A stretch of 63,998 bases of DNA, counting the filler, from Asterionella formosa (taxonomy: Eukaryota): NCBI GenBank assembly GCA_002256025.1. It is 4 parts of 4 records of this genome, joined end to end, with 100 filler letters (N's around TTAATTAATTAA, not from the genome) between each part and the next. Parts side by side here need not be neighbours in the genome. Positions count along the whole stretch, not along the records: positions 1 to 16,032 come from NKIB01005149.1; positions 16,133 to 32,155 come from NKIB01005152.1; 2 more parts are not named here. One strand, 5' to 3'. Shown in pieces: positions 13,100 to 25,689 of the stretch (positions are counted from its first letter, which is position 1; each line of letters starts with the position of its first letter). The notes under the pieces are model-generated. The model was not told the DNA's origin. It made no database searches and saw only the letters and a list, made by a program, of their open reading frames with translations. The position numbers were made by a program, and so were the translations under genes.

Positions 13100-13810
13100 T
13101 TAAGGTTCCTGCATTTGAACCCCTACTAGAAAAAATTGAATAATTTCTATACTAAGCAATATCAGGGGTGCTGAGCGAAATTCCTTAGAATTGGGAATTT
13201 TTAAGAACTTTGAATATCAATGATTCTGTTTGAATAATTTTTTTATAGCGGCACCTGAAGCTAAGCATGTAAGTATCAGATTTTACGACTAAAAGTTCCT
13301 TCACAAAACTTCTATTCCAACAAAAACTTTTCGGTACATAGTGATTCTGGTTCCAATATTTTGGAGACCACTGGAAAGGCCAATTTGATTTTTTTGGTGA
13401 TGTTTGCCCAACATTAGCTAGCGAGCGAGGCTTTGAAGGCGAATAAAATACTACATTGGCAATTTTTAATTAGCATCAGTAAATAACTACTGGCGAGAAA
13501 GTGCTGAAAGGAACTTCTTCCTTGTGATTTACAATGCAAAAATGTGTTGATCCTGAGTTTCCTTTTCTATCGTAGTAAAACAGCAAAGTTATATTCTGCA
13601 CTCTCTCGCCAGATGCTATATCTGGACGTCATATTGAATTGACCTAAACCCATTCTTTGACCTATGAATTTATCCAAGCAGATGGGAAGGGTGTCAAATG
13701 GAGAAAGCTCTGATTAGAATTATATATATTTAATTTACTTGAAAAATTTATGTGTTTAGTTTCTCTGACCAACACAGGCGAAGCCAGGGGTTCAAATGCA
13801 GGAACCTTAA
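13100..13810. mobile_element. MITE with 25-bp terminal inverted repeat including TTAA (Kolobok-like termini)
   Basis: TTAAGGTTCCTGCATTTGAACCCCT (13100-13124) is the exact reverse complement of AGGGGTTCAAATGCAGGAACCTTAA (13786-13810). Confidence 0.85.
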
Positions 13811-15104
13811 TGTCCAATTTGCCTAATTGGAAAAAGTAATTGCGATTATAAGAACTAGTATGTTTTGATATTCTTTGGGGCAATCATCGGCGCCTGAATG
13901 TTGAAGTGAGCTCTGCTATGTAGTTATGACTCACAGTCAAATGAGTCAAATAATTCGAATGAATCGACTTTGATATACCAAGATCTCATCAATCACACAT
14001 TCAATGTTGTTAATCAGGCTAAAATATTGAGCTGGACGATATAAGCTATATCGGAAAACCGATAGGTTGAAATGAATGATCAATGGTTATAAAGCTATGA
14101 TCAGTAATTGTGAGATAGACATGGGTCTATCTATGATTGTGTGTTTCTAGAAATGCAAACAGCAAATGGAGAATAGTTTGCTCGTTTGTTGATTCAAACC
14201 GAACAACCTAAACTAGTTTAGTAACTCACAATAAGAATATAGAAACGAACGTCTTTATATATTGCCTTATCTGTCTAACAATATAGATTTATTTAAAAAG
14301 GTAATACTTCAACACCTGAATATATCTCAAGAGGGATTTGTCATACATATTCCCCCTTGTGGAGTTGTCATTAATCTCTTCTCAGGATATTTTGAGTGAT
14401 GATTTGCTCTCGAGATAAAGTACCTTTTATGCATGGGTACGATGAACTGTAGCAGTAAAAAGAGACTTTTGATTGTCTGGACAGAGTGTTTGATGATTAT
14501 AATCATGGCTTTCTTGCCATGCAGGTGTTTACCTTGATGGCAATCACATGCATTCAATTCTTGAAAACTGCCACAACCTTGATTCTTCTTTATCTTCAGC
14601 TATGCTAAACTAAACTAATCAAATATAAGATTTATCACAGTTTACTACTCTTTAGTAGTCTTTTCTATACACAGAGTTTGTCCAGGATGATGCTACAAGA
14701 AACATGTACCATTGTAATGGTGTACTAGCGTCTAAAACCCTCAGTTTCAAGAATAGAAATCTGATCTGTTCTGTTATGATCAAATTTTAGGTCCTTCTAT
14801 AGATCTAAAATGAGATTATTTGTAGGAATGACTTTAGTGGCTGGACTAGTCCTTAAACTTTTATCATCAACCAAGTAATTAGTAAGTATAAATGCAATCA
14901 TTGCTGTTACCTCTACTGAAACTGCAAAGCTATATTCTTTTCTTTTCTAATGTAGTTTTCAAATTTCTTGGATGCCACCTTTCAGTCTAGTTAGTGAGCA
15001 TAGAAGCAAAGTAATAAACATATAGAAGGGATAATGCTGTTTCATTGTTGGATCATCTCGTGTACTTGCTCTCCTATAGCGCAACTGTACAGTTGTTGAT
15101 CCTT

Positions 15105-16032
15105 TCAACAAGCACCAAACAACCTCCCAATAGCACCATTGAGACACCAACCCCATTGGCTGCAACAATCATCAGAATTTGTGCACATTCCATTGCCCCT
15201 GTTACCATTGCCGCATGAAGCCTGTGATGAACCACAATATGCAGCACCAGTGCCACACCAACCATATTGGCTGCAACACAAATTAGGATCTGGGCACTTT
15301 CCATTGCCCCTCTGACCATTGGCACATGTACCACCAGCAACTGGAGCAGCAGCAAATGGAGAATCAACTGGAGCAGAAGCAACTGGAGAATCAACTGGAG
15401 CAGAAGCAACTGGAGAATCAGCAACTGGAGAATCAGCAACTGGAGCAGCAGTAATTGGAGCGGCAGCAACTGGGGCAGCAACAACTGGAGCGGCAACAAA
15501 TGGAGAACCAGCAACTGGAGAAGTAGAAGGTCCCCCTGGTGATTCAGTACTTATACAGCTACTCGAGGCAAGGAGATTGCTGATTGAGCTTCTCGACTGT
15601 GAGCTAAATCCATTGGTCCCACTGTTAATGAATGGCTCCATGATCCACTCTACACCATTGGTATCAGAATCATGGTCTGAACCTTCAGATTTTCAAATTA
15701 GGAAGAAATTAGATCAATGTGAAACAAATAAAGATTAGGGACAGGAATAATACATCCAAGATGCATTCAAAAATAAGATTCACAACATACCAGCATTATG
15801 TCCCAGCTCATGGGCAAAGAGATTGGCCTGCATTTGGCCGTCACTACTGAAGGCGATATAGTCTACACCATATGAGCTGGAGGAACTGCAAAGGTTTGCT
15901 ACATTTGCACAACCAATTACACAACCGCCATTACTGCATTCCAAACCTGTCCCAGAGAACAAATGAGCCGCGTCTCGCCTGACTGACCCTCTATTGGTGC
16001 TCCAGTAACCTGAAAAGAACTGGAGCAGACCA
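15105..16032 (-). CDS. 5'-truncated reprolysin/M12B-type metzincin peptidase + Ala/Pro/Val/Ser linker + two hevein-type (CBM18-like) chitin-binding domains
   Basis: Splicing out intron 15683-15790 gives FAHELGHNAGSDHD...WIMEP (HExxHxxGxxH plus Met-turn). C-terminal CCSQYGWCG and CCSQWGWC motifs; APV repeats. The contig gap cuts the gene. Confidence 0.85.
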
Positions 16033-16132
16033 NNNNNNNNNNNNNNNNNNNNNNNNNNNNNNNNNNNNNNNNNNNNTTAATTAATTAANNNNNNNNNNNN
16101 NNNNNNNNNNNNNNNNNNNNNNNNNNNNNNNN
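16033..16132. other. Artificial contig spacer
   Basis: 100 nt of N around TTAATTAATTAA (stops in all frames). Confidence 0.97.
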
Positions 16133-16502
16133 ACGAAATTTCGAAAAGTCAAATGAATTATTTGAAACATCAACTAATTCAGTCTCGCGTTCAAAATTCA
16201 TTGTGAAAACTTCACATGAAGCAGTTAAAACTTCACATGAAACCGTTAAAAGTAATCTTTTTTACGTGAAGAGTGGCATTAATGCATGTGAAGTACCACA
16301 TAATTAACACTCATACGTAGACGAAATTTCGAAAAGTGGCGTATTTCGCGTCTTAGATGTACTATCAAAGCAACTTTCTTCAACCAGAGAAGATGTTGGC
16401 AATGACTCAAGTACAGATCCCAAAATATCTCCTTCTCAATTGGCTGTCTGCATTTCCATCTCCAGTTCCTGCTGATATTTTATTGGATGAAGATTCTGAA
16501 AG

Positions 16503-16917
16503 ATGTCGTCATCCCAGAAGATTATTAAGAAACAGGGACGACCTCCCAAGAATCAGAGGAAAGAAATGCTGCAACTGCTCCCAAATGTATTAAGAAGCAT
16601 GGCACACTATCGAGTACTAATTAATGTCTTCTTCGATGAGAAACATTGGCAAGATATTTTTTGTCTTGGGAATACACCAACTATGTGTGAGTTGGATGCA
16701 AGGAAATTTCCCCACAAGCAAAGCAGTTTGGGACAAGTTATTGGATACCTACATGGACATATACGATCATGATACAGTTGGATCCATGTTATTCAAAGAC
16801 ACCCAGTTCGAATACCACGAAATTGATGATAACTACTATCCTCTCACTTTTGATATGTTGGATAGCAAACAATTTTCAGAGGCTATGAAATTCCTAAATG
16901 CGCATGACACAATCTAA
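16503..16917 (+). pseudogene. Frameshifted coding remnant next to the Harbinger transposase (possible accessory ORF)
   Basis: Overlapping short ORFs 16503-16772 and 16624-16917 read like one broken protein and converge on the transposase relic. No family recognised. Confidence 0.3.
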
Positions 16918-16926
16918 TAATTTTTC

Positions 16927-17077
16927 TTTCAAATGCCTTCTGATCTGGAGATTTTCCTGGTGCCACAACACTGAAGTATAGGAACAACAATCTGAAAAAA
17001 TTTTCGTCTTTCAAATGCTTTCTGATCTGGACATTTTCCTGGTGCCACAAGAACACCAAACTATAGGAAACAACAAT
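16927..17077 (+). repeat. Imperfect direct duplication, ~82-bp period
   Basis: TTTCAAATGC.TTCTGATCTGGA.ATTTTCCTGGTGCCACAA occurs at ~16927 and ~17009. Confidence 0.85.
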
Positions 17078-17101
17078 TGCTGTTGCAAACAGCTTGAACA
17101 T

Positions 17102-17715
17102 TCAATCCATATCATATATATTGCCCAGACCAATATGCTTGAGGGAAGCCATCACAATCCTTTTTCTTGGTATAGCAATAGGCTGTAAATATCCATCTAT
17201 AGCACCAATGCATCCACGAAATAGTTGCTGCTCGCTTTTTTCAAGGAATCCATTCATCACTGTTTGTTTCTCCTTGTTTGTTTTAGGTAATTTTATTGAT
17301 AATGCTGCGCAAGAGTTCACCGCGTCAAGGAATGTTTTAGCGATGGCATAAACAGATGGATAAGAAACTCCATAGACATGACAAGCAAATGTCTATGAGG
17401 TTTCCGCCTGCAAGCCAGCAAAGTCCGATGGCACAGGATCAACTCAGGTAAAATATGCTGATTTGAGCTGTATAAACCGGAACTTGCATTTTATTAAACA
17501 GCATAAACTGTGATGGAAGGTCGAAGGAGTTCCAGTAGTTGATTGACAGATTCAAAAGACTTGCGATATTCATGATGAATTCTATTTTCATGAAGAAGCT
17601 TTGTGACATGCTCATTGCAGTCAATTTTTTGATGCTCCCATTTTGGAATTCGCACTGGCTTCAAGTTTCGTTGATAGGACTCCAAAAATGATAATGCAAC
17701 TGCTGCAATTAACAA
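17102..17715 (-). pseudogene. PIF/Harbinger (HARBI1/DDE_Tnp_4-like) transposase relic
   Basis: FRGCIGAIDGYL (first catalytic Asp motif) and upstream HHEYRKSFESVNQLLELLRP, broken by stops and frameshifts. Confidence 0.8.
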
Positions 17716-18822
17716 AAAGCAAAGAAAACGGCTAACTGTTTTGCCGTGGTAGATATATATATATGTGAAATGTATTGCTGTAAAGATTCATTTTTTTCTG
17801 AAGATTAAAAAAGAAATTTTGTATCTCTGTTAAGATTGGCCCCAAGCCATTGTGCATTTTCAGACACTTTTGTGCAATGAAGGTACTAATGGACCAATTG
17901 CAGTCTTGCATTGTATAATGCCTGCTTCTCATACCACATTCGAAGCAACACATGATGACCAGGACAGCACCAACCTCATAGATCCTCATAAGAAGAATGA
18001 CAAGGATTCAATTATTTATAAACAGCTCTGAGCAAAATCCATCATGTATAGAACACTTTTGCTACCAATCTGGTGATAACAATTTGGAAGCAGTATTAAT
18101 TTGGGGATTCTATCTTAAATCTAGCAATTTGGTGACACCGATTTGGCAATACCAGTTTGGCACCACCAATTGGGAGTACTATAGTAGGTGATGTGACTGA
18201 ATATGTGATCATAAATTTTATGCAACAATCTATACCCCAGAAGTTTGAGAGGCTTGATACCAATTTTTGGTCCGAATTGGTAGCAATTGTTACCAATTGG
18301 GGAACATTCGTCTTGATTTGGCTCAAAATTGGGGTCAGAAGTTGCAAGGTCAAGCAAACAAGCAAACTCCTGGGACTTCAATTTTTTCCCCAAATTCAGC
18401 ATTCCAAATTGGATTGTTTCTGCTCCTGCGTATTTAGCAGAGAAAATGCGACTCTTTTTTATTATAAAACACTTGAGTATACCAGTAGTTGTTGGTGTGA
18501 GCAGCTGGAAAATCTTGCATCTTGTCAAATCTACCTTGACCATGTTGAAAATAATTAATATCTTCACAAAAAATGAGAACAATGATTTGCTATTTGGTAA
18601 ATATATATCAAGCAAGAAATAGAAATACATTTGTAAAAGAATTACTGTAATAACTCTAACATTGTCAACGAAGAGTGAAGGCGCCAAAAGCGACCTGATG
18701 TTGCGTTTTTCTTGCAAGGTGCTGAAGAACTTCCTCAGTTTTCACTTAACGGAAATGGTGATCATATTCATAAATATTGGAAAGAAACGCGCCATCTTAT
18801 AAAAAAAATTTTCATTGGTGCA

Positions 18823-18931
18823 TCTAAGGGAAATCTCACCTTGTTACTCCTGGACCCCTTAAGTAAAATCAGTCCAATTCAGTCACGGCAGTGTTCATTG
18901 AGGGGGGGAGGACAATTAACTATATGGTAAT
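18823..18931. mobile_element. Degenerate terminus of the pogo/Tc2-like family also found at 48383 and 62016
   Basis: Shares TAAGGGAAATCTC...CCCCTTAAGTAAAATCAGTC.AATTCAGTCACGGCAGTGT.CATTG with 48383-48485. Confidence 0.7.
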
Positions 18932-19545
18932 CTTAAGGCACTTAATAAATGAAGTTAAAATATGTTTCTTAATGAGAAAAGTATAAAATTAAGGTGGGAA
19001 GGAATATATGGTAAAGTCAATGTTCTCTGCTGGCGTACTAGTGGTGAAACATTTTTCTGTATTAAGTTATTTATCAAGACTGTGGTTCTGAATTAGTAAT
19101 CAACAGGGTCCTTCTGAAATTGATTCAGAACAAGGAATTATTAGGTGGTGAATATGAATCACAATGATTCCATTATAAACATTTTAACCTGTAGAAATGA
19201 GCACGTAGGCATGTACCAAGGAACTGCAATGCACTGCTATTTTGTATATCAACTTTTGATGGAGCAACATCCCAACATGGGGCATACTGTTCACACATGT
19301 AAGTGACAGTAGATTACCTTTTGATTATGCTTAGTCCAAAAATATGAAAGTTTATTTTCTAGCATCTACACTTGCCGAGGAACTATTTTCCAGCACAGAA
19401 ACCTCTAATAACCACTTGAAAGTGCCTATTCCATTCTTCTGGCAAATAAGGCTTTGAACTTTCTTTTTTAGCAAGCTTTGGAAGCTTGTCAGCTTTCCCA
19501 TTCAATTCTTGGTTCATACAGCCTTTACTTCTTAAGAATCTACCG

Positions 19546-21798
19546 CTAATTTGAAGCAGTGTGTGATTTCCAAAAAAATCTTTGTCGTTTTTGTTGTTTG
19601 TGAGCTGGCCCAGCCTGGTTGAGATTGCTTCGTAATATAACCAACTCCATGTCCATCAATCGGCTTTGGAGCATTTCACTTTGGCATTGTTGCATAGATG
19701 CAGCTTCCTTCAGCAATGATACCTGTTCCATTAATTGTCTGATTTCATCTGTATTATTCTTAACTTCATCCTTGTACTGCTCACGATGGTCAGCATACAT
19801 AAGGCCTCCAGCATTGTGATTAGAACTTAATTTGGTCACTTTCTGAGTAAGGTCATTCACGGTACGGTCCAATCTGGCCTGGGTTGCCACAGATTCTTTC
19901 ATCTTCTGTTCAAGAATCTCAAAGTCAGATTTGGTGGCAGATGGTGAAGAAGTCTCACCTGACCATGACTGAATGATTGAACTGGTGGGACTGTCCATGC
20001 ATGATGTGTCATCAGTTCTCCTGGAATGTGCAGACTTTGCTGAATCTTCCTTGGTGTGAACTTCAGATGAGACCGAAAACAGTTCTTGGGATTCACTATT
20101 GCTTGATTGCTTTGACAAGACTGAATTTGAATGATTGATTTTGCAACTTAGTGGATTTTGAGTTGAGACCAAATCAAGTTTTCTGGAATCCTCATTGAAA
20201 TATTTACTTGGAAAGATCAAATCTTTTGTAGGCTCATTGTGCAAAGTAGAAAATTTTGGTAGCATCTGAAGCTCCTTGATTGACATGTACAAGGTGCTTG
20301 CAGCAAGGGCTTCATGTAAGGCAAAGTTAACATTCTCACCAGATAGGATACTGTTGAGATAACAGTGATTGCCTGGTTTCATTATATGAGCCAAAGCACA
20401 GTCTGCTGCCCAAGAACCCTGTTCCTTGGCTGGTGTATCACCTGGATCAGCAAACAATTTGCACATGAACTTCTTAATTCGTCCAAACTCGCCACTTTGC
20501 TCAAGAAAGTGCATTTTTGTTTGTTTTCCAATTTTAGTCTGACATCTGGCTCGTACAATGAGTCTTGCAAAGCGCTCCACCTCATATCGCAATCCATTGG
20601 AGTCTTGCTGCATTGTGGCACGAGTAGCAAAGTCAGCAACATTTGATATGCCCAAATACTGATCTCTTTGCCATTTGAGTTGTACAATCAACTTGAAGAA
20701 TGACCCAATTGCATCAGCAAAGGGAAGGGCTGAGTTTGAAGCAGTAAAGCCAATAGCATGAGCCACTATTGCTCCTATCCTGGTCTTCTTTATGGTTTCC
20801 AATCCACTGCCATTGTCTGCCAAAAGTCGAAGGGTGTATGTTCGCAGTGTCTCACGAGTTTGAATAGACCCTAACAGGCCTGAGGAAAGACTTTCGCAAG
20901 CACTTATCATGCAGTAGAGTTTCCGTACAAGTAATAGGTAAAACTCACCATATCCTGGGCTAGCCAGAATGGCTTCCCTTTCCGCTTCTTCTTCTTTTGT
21001 TTTGCATTTTTCTGCTATTATGATCCGTATGACATCTTGATGTTCCTCCTTGAGCCAAAATGCTGGTTGATTAGATGGTTGTCGATGGAAAGATTCAAAA
21101 AGTGCTGCGACCTGCTTGTCTTCAGCTTCTATGGCGCTCCTCAGCTTGCTTAAGTTCATGGGCTCTGAATTGGCATCCGAGACGATATTGAAGCAATCAG
21201 GATTTGATATAATTGCTTCAGAATTCGATACAATTGTTGGTTGTACTGTTGCTGCATTTGAGGACGCATTACAAGCTGAGGTAGCAAATGACTCAAGCCA
21301 AGCCACGACCTCGTGGGCCACCCTTCCCATTTTCTTTCTTGCCAAGTCAACTGGAGTCACAGAGTAGTTGTCCTTCACATTGATTGAATCAGGGTATGTC
21401 TCCACCAAAAGCTGAATCACCTCGAAAGGTGCGGCATATCTGAATGCCACATGCAAAGGAAGTGCACCATTGCAAGTGTCGGGAACCTTGACTGATTCAG
21501 GATATTGATTCACCAGGAAATGAACCACATCCAGCTGCGCCTCGCTGCTGCATGCAATGTGCAAGAGCAGTCTTCCATGCTTGTCTTTGACCCTGACTGA
21601 AAAGGGATACTTACTCACCAAGAACTGAACGACGTCAAGCGGCGCCTTGTTCAAACATGTAATGTGCAATGGGAGCGCTCCGAACTTGTCCCTGACCTTG
21701 ACAGAGTCTGGATGACCGTCCACTATGGGTTGAATCTCGTGAAGCGACGGAGGGCAGGCGAAGCAAGCAGCTCGCAATTGTCTCAACACATCAGGCAC
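19546..21798 (-). CDS. Ankyrin-repeat protein with C-terminal coiled coil; probable additional 5' exon at about 21900-22035
   Basis: 750-aa ORF with repeats of D..G.LPLH.AC...A...VV.FLV..YP.SV. A pyrimidine-rich AG acceptor directly precedes the ORF. Confidence 0.85.
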   Translation of the reverse strand: MPDVLRQLRAACFACPPSLHEIQPIVDGHPDSVKVRDKFGALPLHITCLNKAPLDVVQFLVSKYPFSVRVKDKHGRLLLHIACSSEAQLDVVHFLVNQYPESVKVPDTCNGALPLHVAFRYAAPFEVIQLLVETYPDSINVKDNYSVTPVDLARKKMGRVAHEVVAWLESFATSACNASSNAATVQPTIVSNSEAIISNPDCFNIVSDANSEPMNLSKLRSAIEAEDKQVAALFESFHRQPSNQPAFWLKEEHQDVIRIIIAEKCKTKEEEAEREAILASPGYGEFYLLLVRKLYCMISACESLSSGLLGSIQTRETLRTYTLRLLADNGSGLETIKKTRIGAIVAHAIGFTASNSALPFADAIGSFFKLIVQLKWQRDQYLGISNVADFATRATMQQDSNGLRYEVERFARLIVRARCQTKIGKQTKMHFLEQSGEFGRIKKFMCKLFADPGDTPAKEQGSWAADCALAHIMKPGNHCYLNSILSGENVNFALHEALAASTLYMSIKELQMLPKFSTLHNEPTKDLIFPSKYFNEDSRKLDLVSTQNPLSCKINHSNSVLSKQSSNSESQELFSVSSEVHTKEDSAKSAHSRRTDDTSCMDSPTSSIIQSWSGETSSPSATKSDFEILEQKMKESVATQARLDRTVNDLTQKVTKLSSNHNAGGLMYADHREQYKDEVKNNTDEIRQLMEQVSLLKEAASMQQCQSEMLQSRLMDMELVILRSNLNQAGPAHKQQKRQRFFWKSHTASN

Positions 21799-22416
21799 TG
21801 ATGAAAGAAAGAAACAAAGAAAGAAGTCATCAATAACGCAAGCGAGGTCAGATGAAAACTATCAAATCCACGATTAATCAAAGTCAAATGATGTACTCAA
21901 CCCACTTTTTGCCCCAGCTGAGGAAACCAAGGTGATGAATCAATAATCAACAACGTCTGCGTCTCGAGGGCCGAATTTATGGTGCAAAAAGCAGGCTGCA
22001 TCATTATTATTAGATGAAGGTCGTTCAAATTCATAAGATACCATTTTCTTTTGCTTAATTAATTCCAGTAGACTGACTACGGTACCTTGTGCAAGTACCG
22101 GTATGTACGGGAAGGTCGATGAAACGAACGTCGAGCACCTGGTACCTGGTACCCTAGTATCTGGGATACTATTTTTATTCCATTAGACTAAGTGCCGGTA
22201 CCGGTGTGTCACACATGATTTACACCAACTATTATTCCAGCCCCAAATCTGCAAAATCAGCCAGCCATCAAGTCATGACCCTTGAGTCTACCGGTACCTG
22301 GTAACCCGGCACTAGGTATTATTTAGTCATGGTTTATATAAACACGACCGGAGATAATGCCGACGCAACCGATGACACACATCATCGTTGAACGCTGCAC
22401 CCACTCGTGGACAAGA

Positions 22417-23558
22417 TGAGCAGTATAACGGTTGAAGCCTATGGGTGGGCAGCTGCCATTATGTCCATGCTGGCCTTTGGATCCTTCGGAGTGCCCATCA
22501 AAAGTGCGGCAGCGCAATCGGTGAGCATTGATCCTTTGGTTTTTCAATCATACAAGACAACGATGTGTTTTCTGACAAGCTGGGCCGTCCTTCTCGTGCC
22601 AGGACAATCATTCAGCTTCACAATGTGGGGGATCGTCAGTGGACTGTTTTGGGTGCCCGCTGGTGTGGCGACTATTTATGCGGTCAAGGCGACCGGACTG
22701 GCGGTCGGTATTGCAATTGGATCTAGTTTTATAGTGCTGGTATCTTTCACTTGGGGGGTTCTTATTTTTCAGGAACATGTTAAATCCAGGGCTGCTGCTT
22801 GCATCGCAATACTGCTAATGATTTTGGGGCTTTGCGGCATGGCCTACTTTTCCTCTCCACACAACGTGAAGGCGACAGTTGGCGACATGGAAGATTATCA
22901 AGCCCACACTTCGAATATTGGATACCGAGAAGTACAGATAGAAAGGAAGAAATTCGATGATGCGTTCCCTGCTGATGGCTTGGAGTCCATGACTCATGAC
23001 CCGAGTGGCGTTGTCCTGTGCGGACGTGTTCTTCCCAACCGTTCTCTTGGAATCGCTGCCGCCGCATTTTGTGGTTTATGGGGAGGAAGCGTCATGGTTC
23101 CCATGCACTATGCCCCAAAGGCCAACACAGGAATCAGCTATTCCATTTCTTTCGGTATCGGTGCCGCCCTGATAAACCTAAGCCTATGGGTAATTCGATT
23201 CCTCTATCACGTGGTGCGTACCAGGTCATTGAGAATGGCCTACAATAGCTTGCCGTCCTTTCATCCTCGAGTCATGTGGCGTGCCGGGGGAACGAGTGGT
23301 ACACTCTGGAGTATTGGGAACTTTTTTAGTATGGTTGCGGTGGATTCTTTAGGGCAGGCTGTTGGATACAGTGTCATTCAAGCGGGGATGCTTGTCAGTG
23401 GACTCTGGGGAATTTTTTATTTCCATGAAATAGTCGGCTTTCGGAGAATATGCAATTGGATGTTGTCTGCCATGCTGACGATTGTCGGTATCATCTTGCT
23501 CAGTTTCCAACATCGTGACGACGTTCGTGTTGAAAATAATGACACAGGTACGGAGTAG
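22417..23558 (+). CDS. TMEM144-like drug/metabolite-superfamily membrane transporter
   Basis: About ten hydrophobic segments in two repeats; motifs FGSFGVPIK, DPLVFQ, LWSIGN, VSGLWGIFYFHEI. First ATG is at 22417. Confidence 0.8.
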
Positions 23559-24020
23559 CAACTAGTGTATGGATGGTCTTAAAATTGGATGTCCTGTTAC
23601 CGCCATGAGTCCTCAAGTCGCCAGCAAGACTCAGACTACTTCGATGAAATCGTTTATCAACGAGAACCGTTTTAAACTGCACAAGATTCCAGTGTAAGTG
23701 AGAGAAAAGTGCTTCCTTTCTGGGTACCAGGACCGGATACATTAAATAGTCGTTTATCGTCAAGAGTTGCATCATATCTGGACTGATGCCATTGTTTGTT
23801 GGAACTCGGAGTTTCATTATTCAGTATGAAAAATGAATATCAAGACGACGCACTCCATCTGAGTATGGCATAGCCGGGGCCGATCGAATTAGAAAATAAT
23901 AAGATTTAATCTGAAGTACACTATAAATGGTAATCATTTACTGCTAGACGGAGCCAATCTATTGTGGGCAAGGGTACTTTTCATCATTTAGTGATCCCTG
24001 TATATATTTTGTTGAAGTAT

Positions 24021-25689
24021 TCAGAGAACTCCTCCCAGGTTGACATAAAAGTCCGAATCAGAATATCGATATTCCTTTGGGAGGGGAGGAATCGAGACCC
24101 TTACCACACCCAGAATTTTGGTTCCTAATATAGTCTCCAATGCCACTCTCAATAAATTTGAAACCTCTCGCGCTGCTGGACGTTTTTCCGCTTCATGGGT
24201 CCAGCACATTTCGATTGCCTTAATGACAGCTTGAATGGATGGATCGTCACTTTTTAGAAACTGGTCTGGAAATTTTGATCTTCCTCCTTTCAACATTCGT
24301 AATGTGGCGTCTTCAGTTTTTTCTCCTTCAAACAACCATTTTTTGGTCAATATATAATACATTACATTTCCCATCATAAAAATGTCAACCTTGTCTAATA
24401 GTACCACTCGCTCTTCATAGTAGCCCATATTTTGTTCTTCAGGAGCTCGGAGTTTCATTAACTTTCAAACACGTTGTGAGTTTACTTGAATGACCATTCT
24501 ATTTTGCAAATTTTACGACTATTACGTACCACAGAATTGATCGGGGTTGCGGTTTCATTCTGTTAAGGAAATCAATGATTGACAGAAAAGTTAGAAGAGT
24601 TGAAAATGAGCTGCACATCAACCTCTTTGAATTTTTTCTGAAGGTTGGTGTACAAAACAAACTTACACATTTTTCTTGAGTAATTTGATTTCTTCGATGA
24701 AAGCTCGACAAATGGAAGTCTGTTAATTTGTATATTCCATCGAATAAAATGAATTGATGACAACATAAATCATTGTGGGTGATAGAAGTAATGCCGTCCC
24801 TTTCAAACGAATGCATGTCAGCCACAGCCGTTGCAATTTGGTAAGAAATCTTCAGCTTGTCTAGTGGTGGTTGCTTGTCTTCTCCGTCCAAGCGAGAAAT
24901 CTTGATTAGATCGTGTAAATTTCCCCCGTTGCTATACTCCACGAGCTGGGACGTTCCACAACTAGCAAATAGGGCTGAAACATATGGCGACTTTGTTAGC
25001 CGTTCCATTGCTAAGGCGTCGGTCCGAGCCGCTTGAAAGTATCTCCCGGAAAAAGAGCTTGAATATTTTTGTGTTTTAAGCACGAGGGGATCTCCAGAAA
25101 TGTCTTGTATCCGAAATGCACACCTCGAACCGCCGCAATTGATAAACGAGATAGTGCCCTCGACGATTTGTACTTCGTGCATATCGTTACATGACGGAAA
25201 GGTATCCTTCATCCATTGGTGCATCGGCTGACAGGGTTCCAGTGCCTCTTCCGAAACTTGCACTGGATTTATCGCTGAGCTCCCCGAGTTTGATTGGTTC
25301 ATATGGGAGGTAACTCTGTCCCAGCCACCTGCATTCGACTCGTCCAACGGCTTGGTTAGCCTTTGTACTGAGTTTTGCGCGAAATCCCATTGCAGACTTC
25401 TTGAATGATGATGTTGTTCTGACAACGTCTCATGTTTGGAAACAGTGGAAACAACTAAGATCGAAGCTAGAATACCGAGAAACAGTCGCAATCGTTTTGG
25501 CAAGTATTTGTGGCGGATGCATTTTGGTCCTGATAATTTCTTGGAATCGATTTCAAATACTCCATTTCCTTCTTCCACACAATGCGAAGATCGAGTTCCT
25601 TTGGTTGGTGTCCTGCGATGAATATTTCCATTTCGCATTCTTGCTGCTCTTATTGTGTCCCTAAGGATGGTGGAAATGTTTGTTGGCAT
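24021..25689 (-). CDS. Type II membrane PKDCC/VLK-like protein kinase (3 exons, including a 30-nt microexon)
   Basis: N-terminal TM segment, GGSRCAF, LVLK, HNDLCCHQF, KLTDF, RAPEE, KVDIFMMG, KRP. Introns 24560-24666 and 24462-24529 restore one frame. Confidence 0.8.

Noticed and set aside
15074..15738. Alternative-frame ORFs (Leu/Gln-rich 15074-15514; GA-rich 15319-15738)
   Set aside because: Shadow frames of the APV-repeat linker of the protease gene.
16077..16088. TTAATTAATTAA as a biological motif
   Set aside because: It is embedded in Ns and repeated identically three times, so it is an assembly linker.
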